A DNA stretch of 64,000 bases. Source: Nannocystis bainbridge (lineage in GTDB: Bacteria > Myxococcota_A > Polyangia > Nannocystales > Nannocystaceae). A program made the position numbers and the translations under genes. The stretch is taken from NCBI RefSeq assembly GCF_028368995.1, contig NZ_JAQNDL010000001.1, forward strand, positions 1,088,001 to 1,152,000. Direction: 5' to 3'. The notes below the pieces were generated by a model that saw only the letters and a list, made by a program, of their open reading frames with translations, ran no database searches and was not told the DNA's origin. Positions 1-9,516 of this stretch are shown one piece after another; the first letter of the stretch is position 1; each line of letters opens with the position of its first letter.

Positions 1-175
1 ACTCCTGGCGCACGATCTTGATCCACACCGGCGTCGGCGGATCGATGAACTCGGCCAGGAACGTGTCGGCCACGTCGCCGCGCGCGAGGTGCTGGAGGAT
101 CTTGAACTCGTCGGCGAAGACGTTCCCGATCCTCGCCTTGGGGCTGCGGTCGACGACAGGCTGCTCTTCGCTCAT
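1..175 (-). CDS. Ser/Thr protein kinase-like protein, N-terminal part (runs off the window)
   Basis: Manual translation from ATG at 175: MSEEQPVVDRSPKARIGNVFADEFKILQHLARGDVADTFLAEFIDPPTPVWIKIVRQE. This resembles kinase subdomains I-II with a degenerate Gly loop and a VxIK lysine. Confidence 0.6.
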   Translation of the reverse strand, partial: MSEEQPVVDRSPKARIGNVFADEFKILQHLARGDVADTFLAEFIDPPTPVWIKIVRQE

Positions 176-360
176 GGCGGGCTACCGGGGCCCACTCTAC
201 TCGAATTCCTGGACCGCCCCACAGCCGTGACGAGCCCCCTTTTCGCCCCAATTCGCCTGCAGGCCGCCGCTGCAGCGCGAGTTCGAGCCCGCGGCTTGTA
301 CATGCAGCCCCGGGCCGCGGCGCGATCGCGGGGCCGGCGGCAGCGTCGCGGCGCGAGACC

Positions 361-420
361 CTCGCCCGCGACCCGCCGCGGGCATCACGAACGCAGGTCC
401 TCGCCCGCGACCCGCCGCGG
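361..420. repeat. 21-bp direct repeat x2 (ctcgcccgcgacccgccgcgg)
   Basis: Identical copies start at 361 and 400, just downstream of the small minus-strand gene. Confidence 0.7.
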
Positions 421-423
421 CTG

Positions 424-642
424 TCACGAGGGCAGCTCCTCGCCGCGCGCCGTCACTCGCGGGGCCCGCTCGTCGGCCTCGATCTTCTGCAGCGCCGCTG
501 CCATCGCGTCGCGCAGCCCGGCCGCCGCGGCCGGACGCATGCGCACCGTGACCGACCCGACGCTCACGTGCAGCATCCCGCACGTGCACTGCTGCACGGT
601 GCATTGTTCGTTTTGCGCGACTGTTCGGGTGCGGTGCTCCAT
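424..642 (-). CDS. Small hypothetical protein (CTVQQCTCGMLH, possible metal-binding)
   Basis: 72-aa ORF from ATG 642 with GC3-rich codons and a Cys/His cluster. Confidence 0.55.
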   Translation of the reverse strand: MEHRTRTVAQNEQCTVQQCTCGMLHVSVGSVTVRMRPAAAAGLRDAMAAALQKIEADERAPRVTARGEELPS

Positions 643-1051
643 AGCTACGTATCCTGCCACAGGCGGCCGCTCCCTGCACGCGCTTCCAGTTCGCTGCACC
701 GCGAAAACTCCGGCTCGGGCGGCCCGGTCTCACTGGACGTCGATATGCACAAGTCCTTTGGGACCTGTCCTCCGGGCCAGCCTCTGACGCCACCGACCGC
801 CGCGCCACGATGATGACCGGCGCGCCACCGAGCCGCGCGCGCCCACGTGCGCCGCGGCTCGTCCCCTAACCTATTTCGTCCCGCTGACCGAGTACGCGCC
901 CAGGGCGTGCCTCGCCGCGACGGCCGCGCCCGTCTGCGAGCGCGGCCCTCGTCCGTCCCCATCGCCGGGCCGCTCGTGCGGTCCGCCCCTCTACCCAGCT
1001 CGATCGCGCCGCGCGAGCCGCTGCTCGCGCGACGTCACGGAGACCCGCGTC

Positions 1052-1324
1052 ATGTCCAAGATCTTCTCAGCCCTGCTCATCGCCCTCTCCCTCACCGCCA
1101 CCGTCGCCTGCGACGACCCCGACAGCGACAAGAAGGTCGACGACACCGGCGACGACTCGACCGGCGGCGAGGACGACAGCACCACCAGCGGCGGCACCGC
1201 GGAGGTCGAGACCACCGCCCCCGCCACCACCGAGGAGGAGGAGAAGCCCGGCTGTTTCAACGGCAACCTCCTCCAGCTCCCGCCGACCGGCGGCCCCAAC
1301 GGCACGCTCGGCGACAACTGCTGA
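1052..1324 (+). CDS. Small acidic Thr-rich lipoprotein
   Basis: GGAG RBS, signal peptide ending in lipobox TVAC, low-complexity D/T/E body. Confidence 0.8.
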   Translation: MSKIFSALLIALSLTATVACDDPDSDKKVDDTGDDSTGGEDDSTTSGGTAEVETTAPATTEEEEKPGCFNGNLLQLPPTGGPNGTLGDNC

Positions 1325-1492
1325 ACATGACCCTCTAGACATGGCTAAACGGCCATGTCTCTTCAGACATTCAAAGCGCGAAAGACATCTCGTTCCACTC
1401 GGCACCGAGGCACTCTGCCTCGGAATGGCCGGGAAACGCTCGCTCGCGGTCCGCCAAAAACATGTCTCTTCAGACATGTACCTCGAGCCATA
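1322..1492. repeat. Two arrays of 14-bp-phased CATG motifs
   Basis: CATG/CATN at 1326, 1340, 1354, 1368 and at 1461, 1475, 1489. The 17-mer catgtctcttcagacat is identical at 1354 and 1461. Confidence 0.75.
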
Positions 1493-1525
1493 TCATCGAC
1501 GCCGAGTGTGTCGGCGACGCCGTGG

Positions 1526-2773
1526 TCAGCGCGAGCCGTCCCCCGAGAGCCCGGCGTCCACCGCCGCGAGCGCGGGGTGTTCCCGGAGCTGGCGCCTCGT
1601 CGCCCGCGACCGCTCGCAGAGCAGCTCCGCCAGCCCCTCGCGGAGCCGCACCGCGTGGCCGTGCTCAGGGATGGTGAGGTCGTGCGGATCGATCCTCGCG
1701 AGCAAGCGGCGCAGCCGGTCCGGCGCCAGCGGCAGGAGGCGGCCCAGGTCGATCCGCTCGCCGAGCACATCCTCGACGTAGGGGCGCTGGCACAGCCAGA
1801 TCGGCAGGAGCTCGTCGTCGGTCAGCGGCGGCATCGGCACGACCCGCCAGCGCGCGAGGTCCGGCGCCACCTCGCGCAGCCGTGCCCACGCTGCCCCGGT
1901 CGTGACGAGGATCAGCTGGAACGCGGCGTCCGGATCGAGGGCCATCTCCGCGGCGTAGCGCAGCAGCTGCGGGTCGTCCGGCACACGGGTCCACGCGCAC
2001 ACGAGGCCCGGCGCGATCGAGGCGGGCACGGCGTCGGGTCGGGCGCGGTACCGCAGATCGGGCAAGCCCCCGCCGTGCCAGTTGTCGACGTTCACCCCGC
2101 GCGTCTGCGGCGCGAGGCGGCGAAGCTGCCGGATCAGCGCGCGTCGCCCCGAACACGCCTCGCCGATGATGGCGAACCCCGGCCCGTCGACGAGGCGCTC
2201 GCGCCAGACGGCGTCCGGCTCCCGCTCGAGCCAGGCCGGCTCCACGGCGACCCCGACGTGCCCCCGCGCGCCGAGTTGGTCGAACAGCGCGCAGTACGTC
2301 TCACGGGCCGTCATCAATCCCTCGGCGCACCGCGGGTCGAGGGCCGACAGCGTCCATAGCGTGCGGTCCGGCAGGCTGCGCAGCAGCACCCCGGCATCCA
2401 CAGACGCGCCGGCCGCCTCGTGGGCCGCCCAGCGACGCCCCCAGCTGTAAGTCAGCGGCAGGTCGCTCGCCCCGGCGATCCTCTGGCGCCAGATCGCGTG
2501 AGCGCGGTCCAGGGGCGCACCCGAGACGGTCGGACCGAGCAGCTCGGGGTGCAACGCGACGATCGCACGCGCAAGGTCACCGGGCTCGATGGCTCCCGCC
2601 TCGGGGTGCGGCCCGCCGTACGGCGCAGCGGCGAGCGCCTCCTCCTGCGCCACCCGCCAGCCCGCGAGCGACCCCGCAGCGTCCCACAGCCGGCGCGCGT
2701 CCAGGTCACAGCGCGCCCGAATCTCCGAGACGGTGGGGGACGCGACGCCGAATGCGGGGTGGCGGACATGCAT
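1526..2773 (-). CDS. Hypothetical protein with degenerate ClpA/B-like AAA+ module
   Basis: IIGEACSGRRALI looks like a Walker A lacking Lys. FQLILVTT..AW..L....PDLARWRVV.MPPL...E resembles the Clp AAA-1 IGATT..EY...D.AL.RRF..V..P region. Confidence 0.55.
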   Translation of the reverse strand: MHVRHPAFGVASPTVSEIRARCDLDARRLWDAAGSLAGWRVAQEEALAAAPYGGPHPEAGAIEPGDLARAIVALHPELLGPTVSGAPLDRAHAIWRQRIAGASDLPLTYSWGRRWAAHEAAGASVDAGVLLRSLPDRTLWTLSALDPRCAEGLMTARETYCALFDQLGARGHVGVAVEPAWLEREPDAVWRERLVDGPGFAIIGEACSGRRALIRQLRRLAPQTRGVNVDNWHGGGLPDLRYRARPDAVPASIAPGLVCAWTRVPDDPQLLRYAAEMALDPDAAFQLILVTTGAAWARLREVAPDLARWRVVPMPPLTDDELLPIWLCQRPYVEDVLGERIDLGRLLPLAPDRLRRLLARIDPHDLTIPEHGHAVRLREGLAELLCERSRATRRQLREHPALAAVDAGLSGDGSR

Positions 2774-2865
2774 CGCCGGTCTCTATACCCGGCTCACAGC
2801 AAAGACGGGGGCGGATCCTTCGCCTCGCTCCGCCCGACGTGCTCGACAGCGCCCGTCGAGTCGTC

Positions 2866-2915
2866 GACACATGGCGATTTGAACATGACCCTTCGGACAT
2901 GCCCTTCGAGGCATC
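2866..2915. repeat. 14-bp-phased CATG array
   Basis: CATG at 2870, 2884, 2898 and CATC at 2912, directly after the stop of the efflux adaptor gene. Confidence 0.75.
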
Positions 2916-4055
2916 TCACCCGACCGTCGGCACGACCTCGACGGCTTGCCCGCTCTCGAGCGTATCGGGCGGCTGCAGCACCACCTCGTCGCCCGCGGCC
3001 ACGCCTTCGAGCACCTCGATCTCCTTGCCGAAATCGCGGCCCAGCTTCACTGGCACCAGCGTCACTGCGCCTTCGGCCACCTTCGCCACCAGCGTCCCCT
3101 CCTTGCGGACCACCAGCGCGCTCGCCGGGATCGTCGGCACCGGTCGCGCGCGCGGCACCTGCAGGCGCGCGTACACGAACGAGCCTGGCAGCACCGCCTC
3201 GTCGCCGGGCACCTCGATCTCCACGCGCAGCGTCCGCGTCCGCGTCTCGAGCACCCCGCTCGTGCGCGTCACCACCCCTTTCACCGTGCGGGCCGGGTCG
3301 CGCGGCGAGAACAGCTCCGCCGGGTTCCCGATCCTCACATCGGCCGCGTGGCTGTCGGGCACATCGACCAGCACCCGCAGCTTCGAAACATCGGCCAGCT
3401 CGTACAGCGGCGCCCCGCCGGCCGCTGCCGGTCCTACCAGCGCCCCCGAGTCGACCAGGCGTCGCGTCACCACCCCGTCGAACGGCGCCACGATCTGCTG
3501 GTACCCGCGCAGCGCCTGCAACCGCTTCAGGTCCGCCTTGCGCGTCGCCACCAGCGCGTCCGCCGAGTTCGCCAGCGCCAGCGCGTCGTCCGCTTCTTGC
3601 CGCGACACCGCCCCGCTGCCTGCCAGCGTGCGCGTGCGGTCCGACGTCGTCTGGTGGATCCCCACGTTCGCGCGCGCCTCCGTCAGCCGCGCGCGGGCCA
3701 GCCGGATCTCCTCGTCCGTCTCCGGCGCCTCGATCTCCGCCAGCACCTGCCCGGCCTTCACCGAGTCCCCGAGCTCCACCAGGTAGCGGCGCACGAACCC
3801 CGTCGACTTGCTGTAGAGCGTCGACTGCCGGATCGGCGTCGAGCTCGCCGGCAGCGTCAGCTCGTGCGCCTCGTCGCCGGCGCGGACCGACGCCACGCGG
3901 ACTCGCTTCGGCCCGGTCGCCTGGGCCAGCGTCTGCGCTCGCGCGTCGCGCTGCTCGAGCCGCGGCCCGACGCCGACCACCACCGCGCCGGCCAGCACCG
4001 CCGCGATCATCGCCATTACCGGCCACCCTGGCCTGCCAGACTGCAACGTCGTCAT
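2916..4055 (-). CDS. RND efflux periplasmic adaptor (membrane fusion protein)
   Basis: N-terminal TM, lipoyl halves GFVRRYLVELGDSVKAGQVLAEI and IVAPFDGVVT, TRTLRVEIEV beta-barrel. Overlaps the permease stop. Confidence 0.95.
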   Translation of the reverse strand: MTTLQSGRPGWPVMAMIAAVLAGAVVVGVGPRLEQRDARAQTLAQATGPKRVRVASVRAGDEAHELTLPASSTPIRQSTLYSKSTGFVRRYLVELGDSVKAGQVLAEIEAPETDEEIRLARARLTEARANVGIHQTTSDRTRTLAGSGAVSRQEADDALALANSADALVATRKADLKRLQALRGYQQIVAPFDGVVTRRLVDSGALVGPAAAGGAPLYELADVSKLRVLVDVPDSHAADVRIGNPAELFSPRDPARTVKGVVTRTSGVLETRTRTLRVEIEVPGDEAVLPGSFVYARLQVPRARPVPTIPASALVVRKEGTLVAKVAEGAVTLVPVKLGRDFGKEIEVLEGVAAGDEVVLQPPDTLESGQAVEVVPTVG

Positions 4056-7000
4056 GCGTTCTCCTCCGCCTGCAAATCACCCGGCTCGACCAGGTCGGGG
4101 TCGAGCGCCGGCGCGCGCCAGCGCTTCGCCAGCACGCTGTAGACCACCGGCACGAAGCCCAGCGTCGCCAGCGTCGCCCCGGCCAGCCCGCCCATCACTG
4201 CGCGGCCGAGCGCCGCGTTTTGTTCGCCGCCTTCGCCGAGCCCGAGCGACATCGGCAGCATGCCGATGAACATCGCCGCCGCCGTCATCAGCACCGGGCG
4301 CAGGCGCACGCTGCCGGCCGTCAGCGCCGCCTCGGCCGCCGACATGCCTTGCGGCCGCAGCTCGTTGGCGAACGACACCACCAGGATCGAGTTGGCCGTG
4401 GCCACGCCGATGCTCATCACCGCGCCCATCAGCGACGGGATGCTGAAGGTCGTCCCGGTCGCGAACAGCGTGAACACGATCCCGACCGCCGCCCCCGGCA
4501 GCGCCATCAGGATGATGAACGGCAGCTTCCACGACTGGAAGTTGATCACCATCAGCGCGTAGACCAGCAGCGCCGCGAACCCGAGCCCGACCCCGAGGCG
4601 GGCGAACCCGACCTGCATGCTCTCGGCCTGGCCGCGCACCGTGATCGTCGCCCCCGGCGGCAGCGCCTCGCGGTGGCGCTGCACGATCGCCTCGAGCTGC
4701 GCCACCGCCGACCCGAGGTCCGAGTCCTGCACGTCCGCGCGCACGTTGTAGGTCGGCTGCACGTTCATGTGGCTGACGAACACCGGCGTGGTCGCGCGGC
4801 GGAACTCGGCCACGTCGACCAGCAGCTTCTGCTCGCCCGCCGCCGTCGGCAGCGACAGCCCCTGCAGCGCCGCCAGCGAGTCGACCCGGTGCTCCGGCAC
4901 CTGGATCGCCACCGGATAGGCGAAGTTCGACTTTGGGTCGGTCCAGAACGTCGGGCTCACCTGCGTCGACGACGACACCATCAGCAGCAAGTTGGCGGCC
5001 ACGTCGCGCTCGCTGAGCCCGGCCTCGTGCGCTCGCTGGCGGTCGACCTCCACGTGCAGCCGCGGCGCCGCCACGATCTGGTGCAGGTGCACGTCGACCA
5101 CCCCCGGCACCGCGCGCAGCTCCGCCTCGAGCGAGCGCGCGGCCGCCAGCGTCGCGTCGCGCTGGGCCCCCGAGATCTGGACGTCGATCGGCGACGGCAG
5201 GCCGAAGTTCAGGATCTGCGTGACTATGTCGGCCGGCTGGAAATAGAACGACAGCTCGGGGAATTCGCGCGGCAGCTGCTCGCGCAGCGCGCGGACGATG
5301 TCGGCGGTCTTCAGCGTGCGGTCGTGGGCCAGCGTCACCAGGATCTCGCCGTCGGACGAGCCGACGTTGCTGCTGTCGGTGATCGCCAGCGTGTAGCCGC
5401 TCGGCATGCCGATGAAGTCGAGGATGCTCTCGCGCTGGTCGGCCGGCACCAGCTCGCGGATGCGGTCCTCGACCCGCGAGAACCACCGCTCGGTCTCCTC
5501 GATGCGCGTCCCCGGCGGGGCCGTCACGTGCAGGCGCACCTGGCCCGCGTCGACCTGCGGGAAGAAATCGCGGCCGACGAACGGCGCCAGCGCCACCGTC
5601 GCCGCCACCACCAGCGCGAACAGCCCCGCGATCGTGCGCGGGCGGCCGAGCGCCCACGCCAGCAGCCCGACGTAGCGGGCCCGCAGCGCCTCGAAGCCGG
5701 CCTCGAAGCCGTGGTGGACGCGCGCGAACAGCCCGCGCCCGGGCGCGTGGTCGTCGTGCTCGGCCAGCAGGTGCTGCGCCAGCGTCGGCACCAGCGTGCG
5801 CGACAGCAGGTACGACGCCATCACCGCGAACGCCACCGCCATGCCCATCGGCAGGAAGATGAAGCGGGCCGGGCCCTCGAGGAACACCACCGACACGAAC
5901 ACGATGCTGATGCACAGCGACGCCACGAACGCCGGCACCGCGATCTGCTGCGCCCCGTCGAGGATCGCCCGCGTCAGCCGCTTGCCCATCGCCAGGTTGC
6001 GGTGGATGTTCTCGATCTCGACCGTCGCGTCGTCGACCAGGATCCCGACCGCCAGCGCCAGCCCGCCGAGCGTCATCACGTTGATCGTCATGCCCAGCGC
6101 CCGCAGGCACAGCAGCGAGATGATCACCGCCAGCGGGATGTTGATCGCCACCAGGATCGTCGCGCGCACGCTGCCGAGGAACAGCAGGATCATCGCCGCC
6201 GTCAGCACCATGGCGATCACGCCCTCGACCAGCAGCCCGTCGATCGCCCGCGTCACGAACGTCGACTGGTCGGACAGCAGCTCGACCTCGAGGCCCTCCG
6301 GCGCGGCCGCGCGGATCGTCGGCACCAGCGCCTTGACGCGCTCGGCCACCTCCGTGGTCGACGCGTCGCCCGTCTTCATCACGCTGAGGACCACCGAGCG
6401 GCGGCCGTCGCGGCGGGCGATGTTGGTCTGGACCGCGTAGCCGTCGTGCACGTGGGCGACGTCGCGGACGAACAGCTGCCGGCCGGCCGCGCCGGTCAGC
6501 GGGATCTCGTTGAGCGCCGCGATCGCCTCGGGGCTGCTGTTGAGGCTGATGCGGTACTCGCGTTCGGCGATCTTGGCCGCACCTGTCGGAAGGGTCAGGT
6601 TCTGCGCCGCGATCGTCTGGCTGACCTCCGCCGGCGACACGCCGTGGGCGCGCAGGGCCGCGGGGTCGAGGTCGACCGTGATCTGGCGCAGCTTGCCGCC
6701 CGCGGGCAGCGGGAAGCGAGTGCCGCGGACCACGCTGAGCATCGTCCGCACCCGCTGGTTGACGTGATCGAAGATCTCGGCCTCCGACAGCGTGTCGCTC
6801 GAGAACGCCAGCTGCAGGATCGGCACGCTCGAGGCCGTGTAGCGGAGGATGATCGGCGGCACGATGCCGGGCGGCATGCGGCGCACGATCGTCTGCGACG
6901 CCGCGGTCGCCTGCGCCATCGCCGACGCCACGTCGGCGCCCGGCTGCAGGAACAGCCGGATCACCGACACCCCGTCGAAGCTGTCGCTCTGGATGCTCTG

Positions 7001-7234
7001 GATGTCGGCGACGTTGCCCGCCAGCGACTGCTCGCTGAACAGCGTGACCTGCTGCTCGATCTGCTGCGCCGGCAGGCCGGTGTACGTCCACACCACGCTG
7101 ATCACCGGGATGTCGACATCGGGCAGCACGTCGGTGGGCGTCTGCCGGACCACCCAGATGCCCGACAGCAGCAGCAGCAGGGCCATCACCACGAACGTGT
7201 ACGGGCGGCGCAGCGCGAGACGGACGATCCACAT
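4052..7234 (-). CDS. RND efflux permease (AcrB/AcrD/AcrF family)
   Basis: 1060 aa; GILVDDATVEIENI in TM4, RLRPVLMT motif, 12-TM hydrophobic pattern. Confidence 0.97.
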   Translation of the reverse strand: MWIVRLALRRPYTFVVMALLLLLSGIWVVRQTPTDVLPDVDIPVISVVWTYTGLPAQQIEQQVTLFSEQSLAGNVADIQSIQSDSFDGVSVIRLFLQPGADVASAMAQATAASQTIVRRMPPGIVPPIILRYTASSVPILQLAFSSDTLSEAEIFDHVNQRVRTMLSVVRGTRFPLPAGGKLRQITVDLDPAALRAHGVSPAEVSQTIAAQNLTLPTGAAKIAEREYRISLNSSPEAIAALNEIPLTGAAGRQLFVRDVAHVHDGYAVQTNIARRDGRRSVVLSVMKTGDASTTEVAERVKALVPTIRAAAPEGLEVELLSDQSTFVTRAIDGLLVEGVIAMVLTAAMILLFLGSVRATILVAINIPLAVIISLLCLRALGMTINVMTLGGLALAVGILVDDATVEIENIHRNLAMGKRLTRAILDGAQQIAVPAFVASLCISIVFVSVVFLEGPARFIFLPMGMAVAFAVMASYLLSRTLVPTLAQHLLAEHDDHAPGRGLFARVHHGFEAGFEALRARYVGLLAWALGRPRTIAGLFALVVAATVALAPFVGRDFFPQVDAGQVRLHVTAPPGTRIEETERWFSRVEDRIRELVPADQRESILDFIGMPSGYTLAITDSSNVGSSDGEILVTLAHDRTLKTADIVRALREQLPREFPELSFYFQPADIVTQILNFGLPSPIDVQISGAQRDATLAAARSLEAELRAVPGVVDVHLHQIVAAPRLHVEVDRQRAHEAGLSERDVAANLLLMVSSSTQVSPTFWTDPKSNFAYPVAIQVPEHRVDSLAALQGLSLPTAAGEQKLLVDVAEFRRATTPVFVSHMNVQPTYNVRADVQDSDLGSAVAQLEAIVQRHREALPPGATITVRGQAESMQVGFARLGVGLGFAALLVYALMVINFQSWKLPFIILMALPGAAVGIVFTLFATGTTFSIPSLMGAVMSIGVATANSILVVSFANELRPQGMSAAEAALTAGSVRLRPVLMTAAAMFIGMLPMSLGLGEGGEQNAALGRAVMGGLAGATLATLGFVPVVYSVLAKRWRAPALDPDLVEPGDLQAEENA

Positions 7235-7279
7235 GAGCGATTACCGGGCTGAGCAGGGGTGGGAGGGAGTCGGAGGAGA

Positions 7280-7293
7280 TGACTGTTTAGTCA
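7280..7293. promoter_or_regulatory. Probable TetR operator upstream of RND operon (TGACT-N4-AGTCA)
   Basis: Perfect palindrome tgactgtttagtca 46 bp upstream of the permease start. A related site lies at 7966-7979. Confidence 0.55.
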
Positions 7294-7339
7294 AGTTCGA
7301 GAGCGCAAAAACGCGCGTCGGATCGCGCCCGACACGAGC

Positions 7340-7951
7340 TCAGGCCGCTGACTCGGGCGGGCCCGCCATGCCGAGCGCCAGCCAGCCGGTGCGGGGCACC
7401 TGGCGCAGCAGCTCGAGGTCGTCGTGGACGCGGGCCTGGGTCAGCGCCCCGGTCACGAACGCGAACAGGCTCTTGGCCGACGCCACCGGGTCGCTCGCGG
7501 GCAGCGAGCCCTCGGCCTGGGCGTCGCGCAGCGCCGTCTCGAGGTAGCGCCGCAGCGCCAGGCTCAGCTCCTGCGCCTTGGCGGCCACGGCCGTCGGCTT
7601 CTGCAGGCACTCGCTGCCGATCGCGTGGTGGAAGCAGCCCAGGACCCGCCCGTACCGCTCGCGGACCTCGCCCTGGCGCTCGCCGAGGTGGGCGAAGTAC
7701 CGCTGCAGCCGCTGCAGCGGCGGGCGCGAGGCCGAGAAGATCTCGTCGAGCACGGGCCGGCGGGTGCTCCAGTGGGTGTCCAGGGCCGTCACCACCAGGT
7801 CGTCCTTGCTGGCGAAGAAGTGGTAGAAGCTGCCCTTGCGCACCTGCGCGCGCTCGCAGATGGCGTCGACGCTGACGGCCCCGTAGCTGGAGGTCCAGAT
7901 CAGGTCGATGGCCGCCTGGATCAGACGGTCGCGCGCGTCGCCTCGGCTCAC
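7340..7951 (-). CDS. TetR/AcrR-family transcriptional regulator
   Basis: HTH motif YGAVSVDAICERAQVRKGSFYHFFASKDDL. Start is either GTG 7951 or TTG 7987. Confidence 0.93.
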   Translation of the reverse strand: MSRGDARDRLIQAAIDLIWTSSYGAVSVDAICERAQVRKGSFYHFFASKDDLVVTALDTHWSTRRPVLDEIFSASRPPLQRLQRYFAHLGERQGEVRERYGRVLGCFHHAIGSECLQKPTAVAAKAQELSLALRRYLETALRDAQAEGSLPASDPVASAKSLFAFVTGALTQARVHDDLELLRQVPRTGWLALGMAGPPESAA

Positions 7952-7965
7952 GGGCTCGGTTCTAC

Positions 7966-7979
7966 TTGACCGATCGTCT
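7966..7979. promoter_or_regulatory. Probable TetR autoregulatory operator (ttgaccgatcgtct)
   Basis: Imperfect palindrome sharing acttgac with the reverse complement of the 7280 site, just upstream of GTG 7951. Confidence 0.45.
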
Positions 7980-8304
7980 CGGCGCAACAGCGCGCTTTAC
8001 GCAGGACGATACGCTTCGCTGCTTCGCGGAGACGTCTGCGCTGGCGAACTCGAGCCCGCCCGCTCGAAGCCGATGCGTCGCGCTCGTTGTCAGTCGTCCA
8101 CGCTCACGAACTCGCAAGCACGCATCGACGATGCCCGCTCGCAGCGAGCCCGACCGACGGCCGCTCGTTGCCGCGAACGCTCGCGTCCGCGTGCGCCGTC
8201 GAGCCCCGTTCGCTGCATCTGCCCGCGCGAACTCTCGTATGCGATCCTTCGACATGTCCTCGAGGACAGCCTGAGCGCTCGCGCCCTCGGCTACCCTGGC
8301 AGCC

Positions 8305-9516
8305 ATGCAACTTCGCTTTCGTTTAGTCGCCGCTCCGCTCGCGCTGCTCGCCGCTTGCACCGAGGATCCCGGCACCACGACCGCCCTCACGCCCCCCTTC
8401 ATGTCCGCGCCCGGCGACCCGACCGGCGACCCGACCGGCAGCGAGACCGACGGTCCGACCACCGCCGGGCCCGGCGGCGATCCGACCACCGATGGCACGA
8501 CCACCGCCGGCACGACCACCGAGAGCACGACCACCGAAACGACCACCACCACCGGCCCCGATCCCGGCCCGCTGGTCGAGCCGGGCGACCCCGGCCGCGG
8601 CGACGTCACGTTCACGATCCGCGCCGACACCGATCGTCACCCGATCTCGCCGTGGATCTACGGCACCAATCAATACGACGACCTCGCCACCACCAACCGC
8701 GGCCTCGGCCTGGTGCGCCAGGGCGGCAATCGTATGACCGCGTACAACTGGGAGAACAACGCCAGCAACGCCGGCGCCGATTACGAGCACCAGAACGACG
8801 ACTACCTCGCCTCGCAGCTCGGCGTCGACGGCGACATCCCCGGCGAGGTCGTGCGGGCCGCCACCGCCGCGGCCCTCGACGCCGGCGCCGACATGCTCGT
8901 CACCGTCCCGATCTGCGGCCACGTCGCCGCCGACAAGGACGGCGGCGGCGACGTCAATCAATCCCCCAACTACCTCGAGACGCGGTTCCACCCGACCATC
9001 GCCCGCAAGGACGGCGCCTTCGACAACGAGCCCGACGCCAGCGACCACGCCGTCTATCAGGACGAGTTCGTCGCCTGGCTGCAGGCCAAATTCCCCGACG
9101 CCTTTTACCCCGAGCGCGCCCGCGTGCTGTTCTCGCTCGACAACGAGCCCGACCTCTGGTCGCACACCCACGAGCGCATCCACCCCGACCCGGTCGGCTA
9201 CGCCGAGCTCGTCGCCAAGAACACCGAGTTCGCGGCCGCGATCAAGGACGTCGCCGCCAACGCGATCGTCGCCGGCTTCGTCTCCTACGGCTTCGGCGGC
9301 TTCACCAGCCTGCAGGACGCCCCCGACGCCCAGGGGGAGTTCCTCTCCAACTCACGCATGGCCAGCAAACCTGGCCTACGCGCTATTTCTTGCGAGGTTT
9401 TGCCAATTTTGCCACCGCGTTGCCAACCACCTGGTTCGCCGCGGTGTCGAGGAGCGCCGCCCCCTTCCGGGACAGCTCCGACTGCTGGGTGTGCAGGTAC
9501 GCCTGCGTGGTCGTGA
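8305..9516 (+). pseudogene. Glycoside hydrolase family 44 lipoprotein, truncated near 9348
   Basis: Lipobox LAAC, Thr-rich linker, HPISPWIYGTN, RQGGNRMTAYNWENNASNAGADY, LDNEPDLWSHTH (acid/base Glu). After QGEFLS the codon bias collapses and the tail is antisense to the integrase. Confidence 0.8.
9349..9430. mobile_element. Candidate left attachment junction of integrated element
   Basis: GH44 break point, inverted repeat ggccag-caaac-ctggcc (9360-9376), and three ttgcca direct repeats (9400-9426) at the integrase 3' end. Confidence 0.45.

Noticed and set aside
643-1051. Possible riboswitch or ncRNA in the intergenic region
   Set aside because: No recognisable conserved riboswitch motifs. 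No tRNA or rRNA was recognised anywhere in the window.
2420-7252. 1610-aa plus-strand ORF and other long antisense ORFs (e.g. 19265..21937, 27903..30779, 35720..38833)
   Set aside because: Arg/Pro/Ala-rich shadow frames of genuine GC-rich genes on the other strand; no motifs.
7990-8235. Recurrent cgctcg words upstream of GH44
   Set aside because: Short GC-rich hexamer with irregular spacing, expected by chance at this composition.
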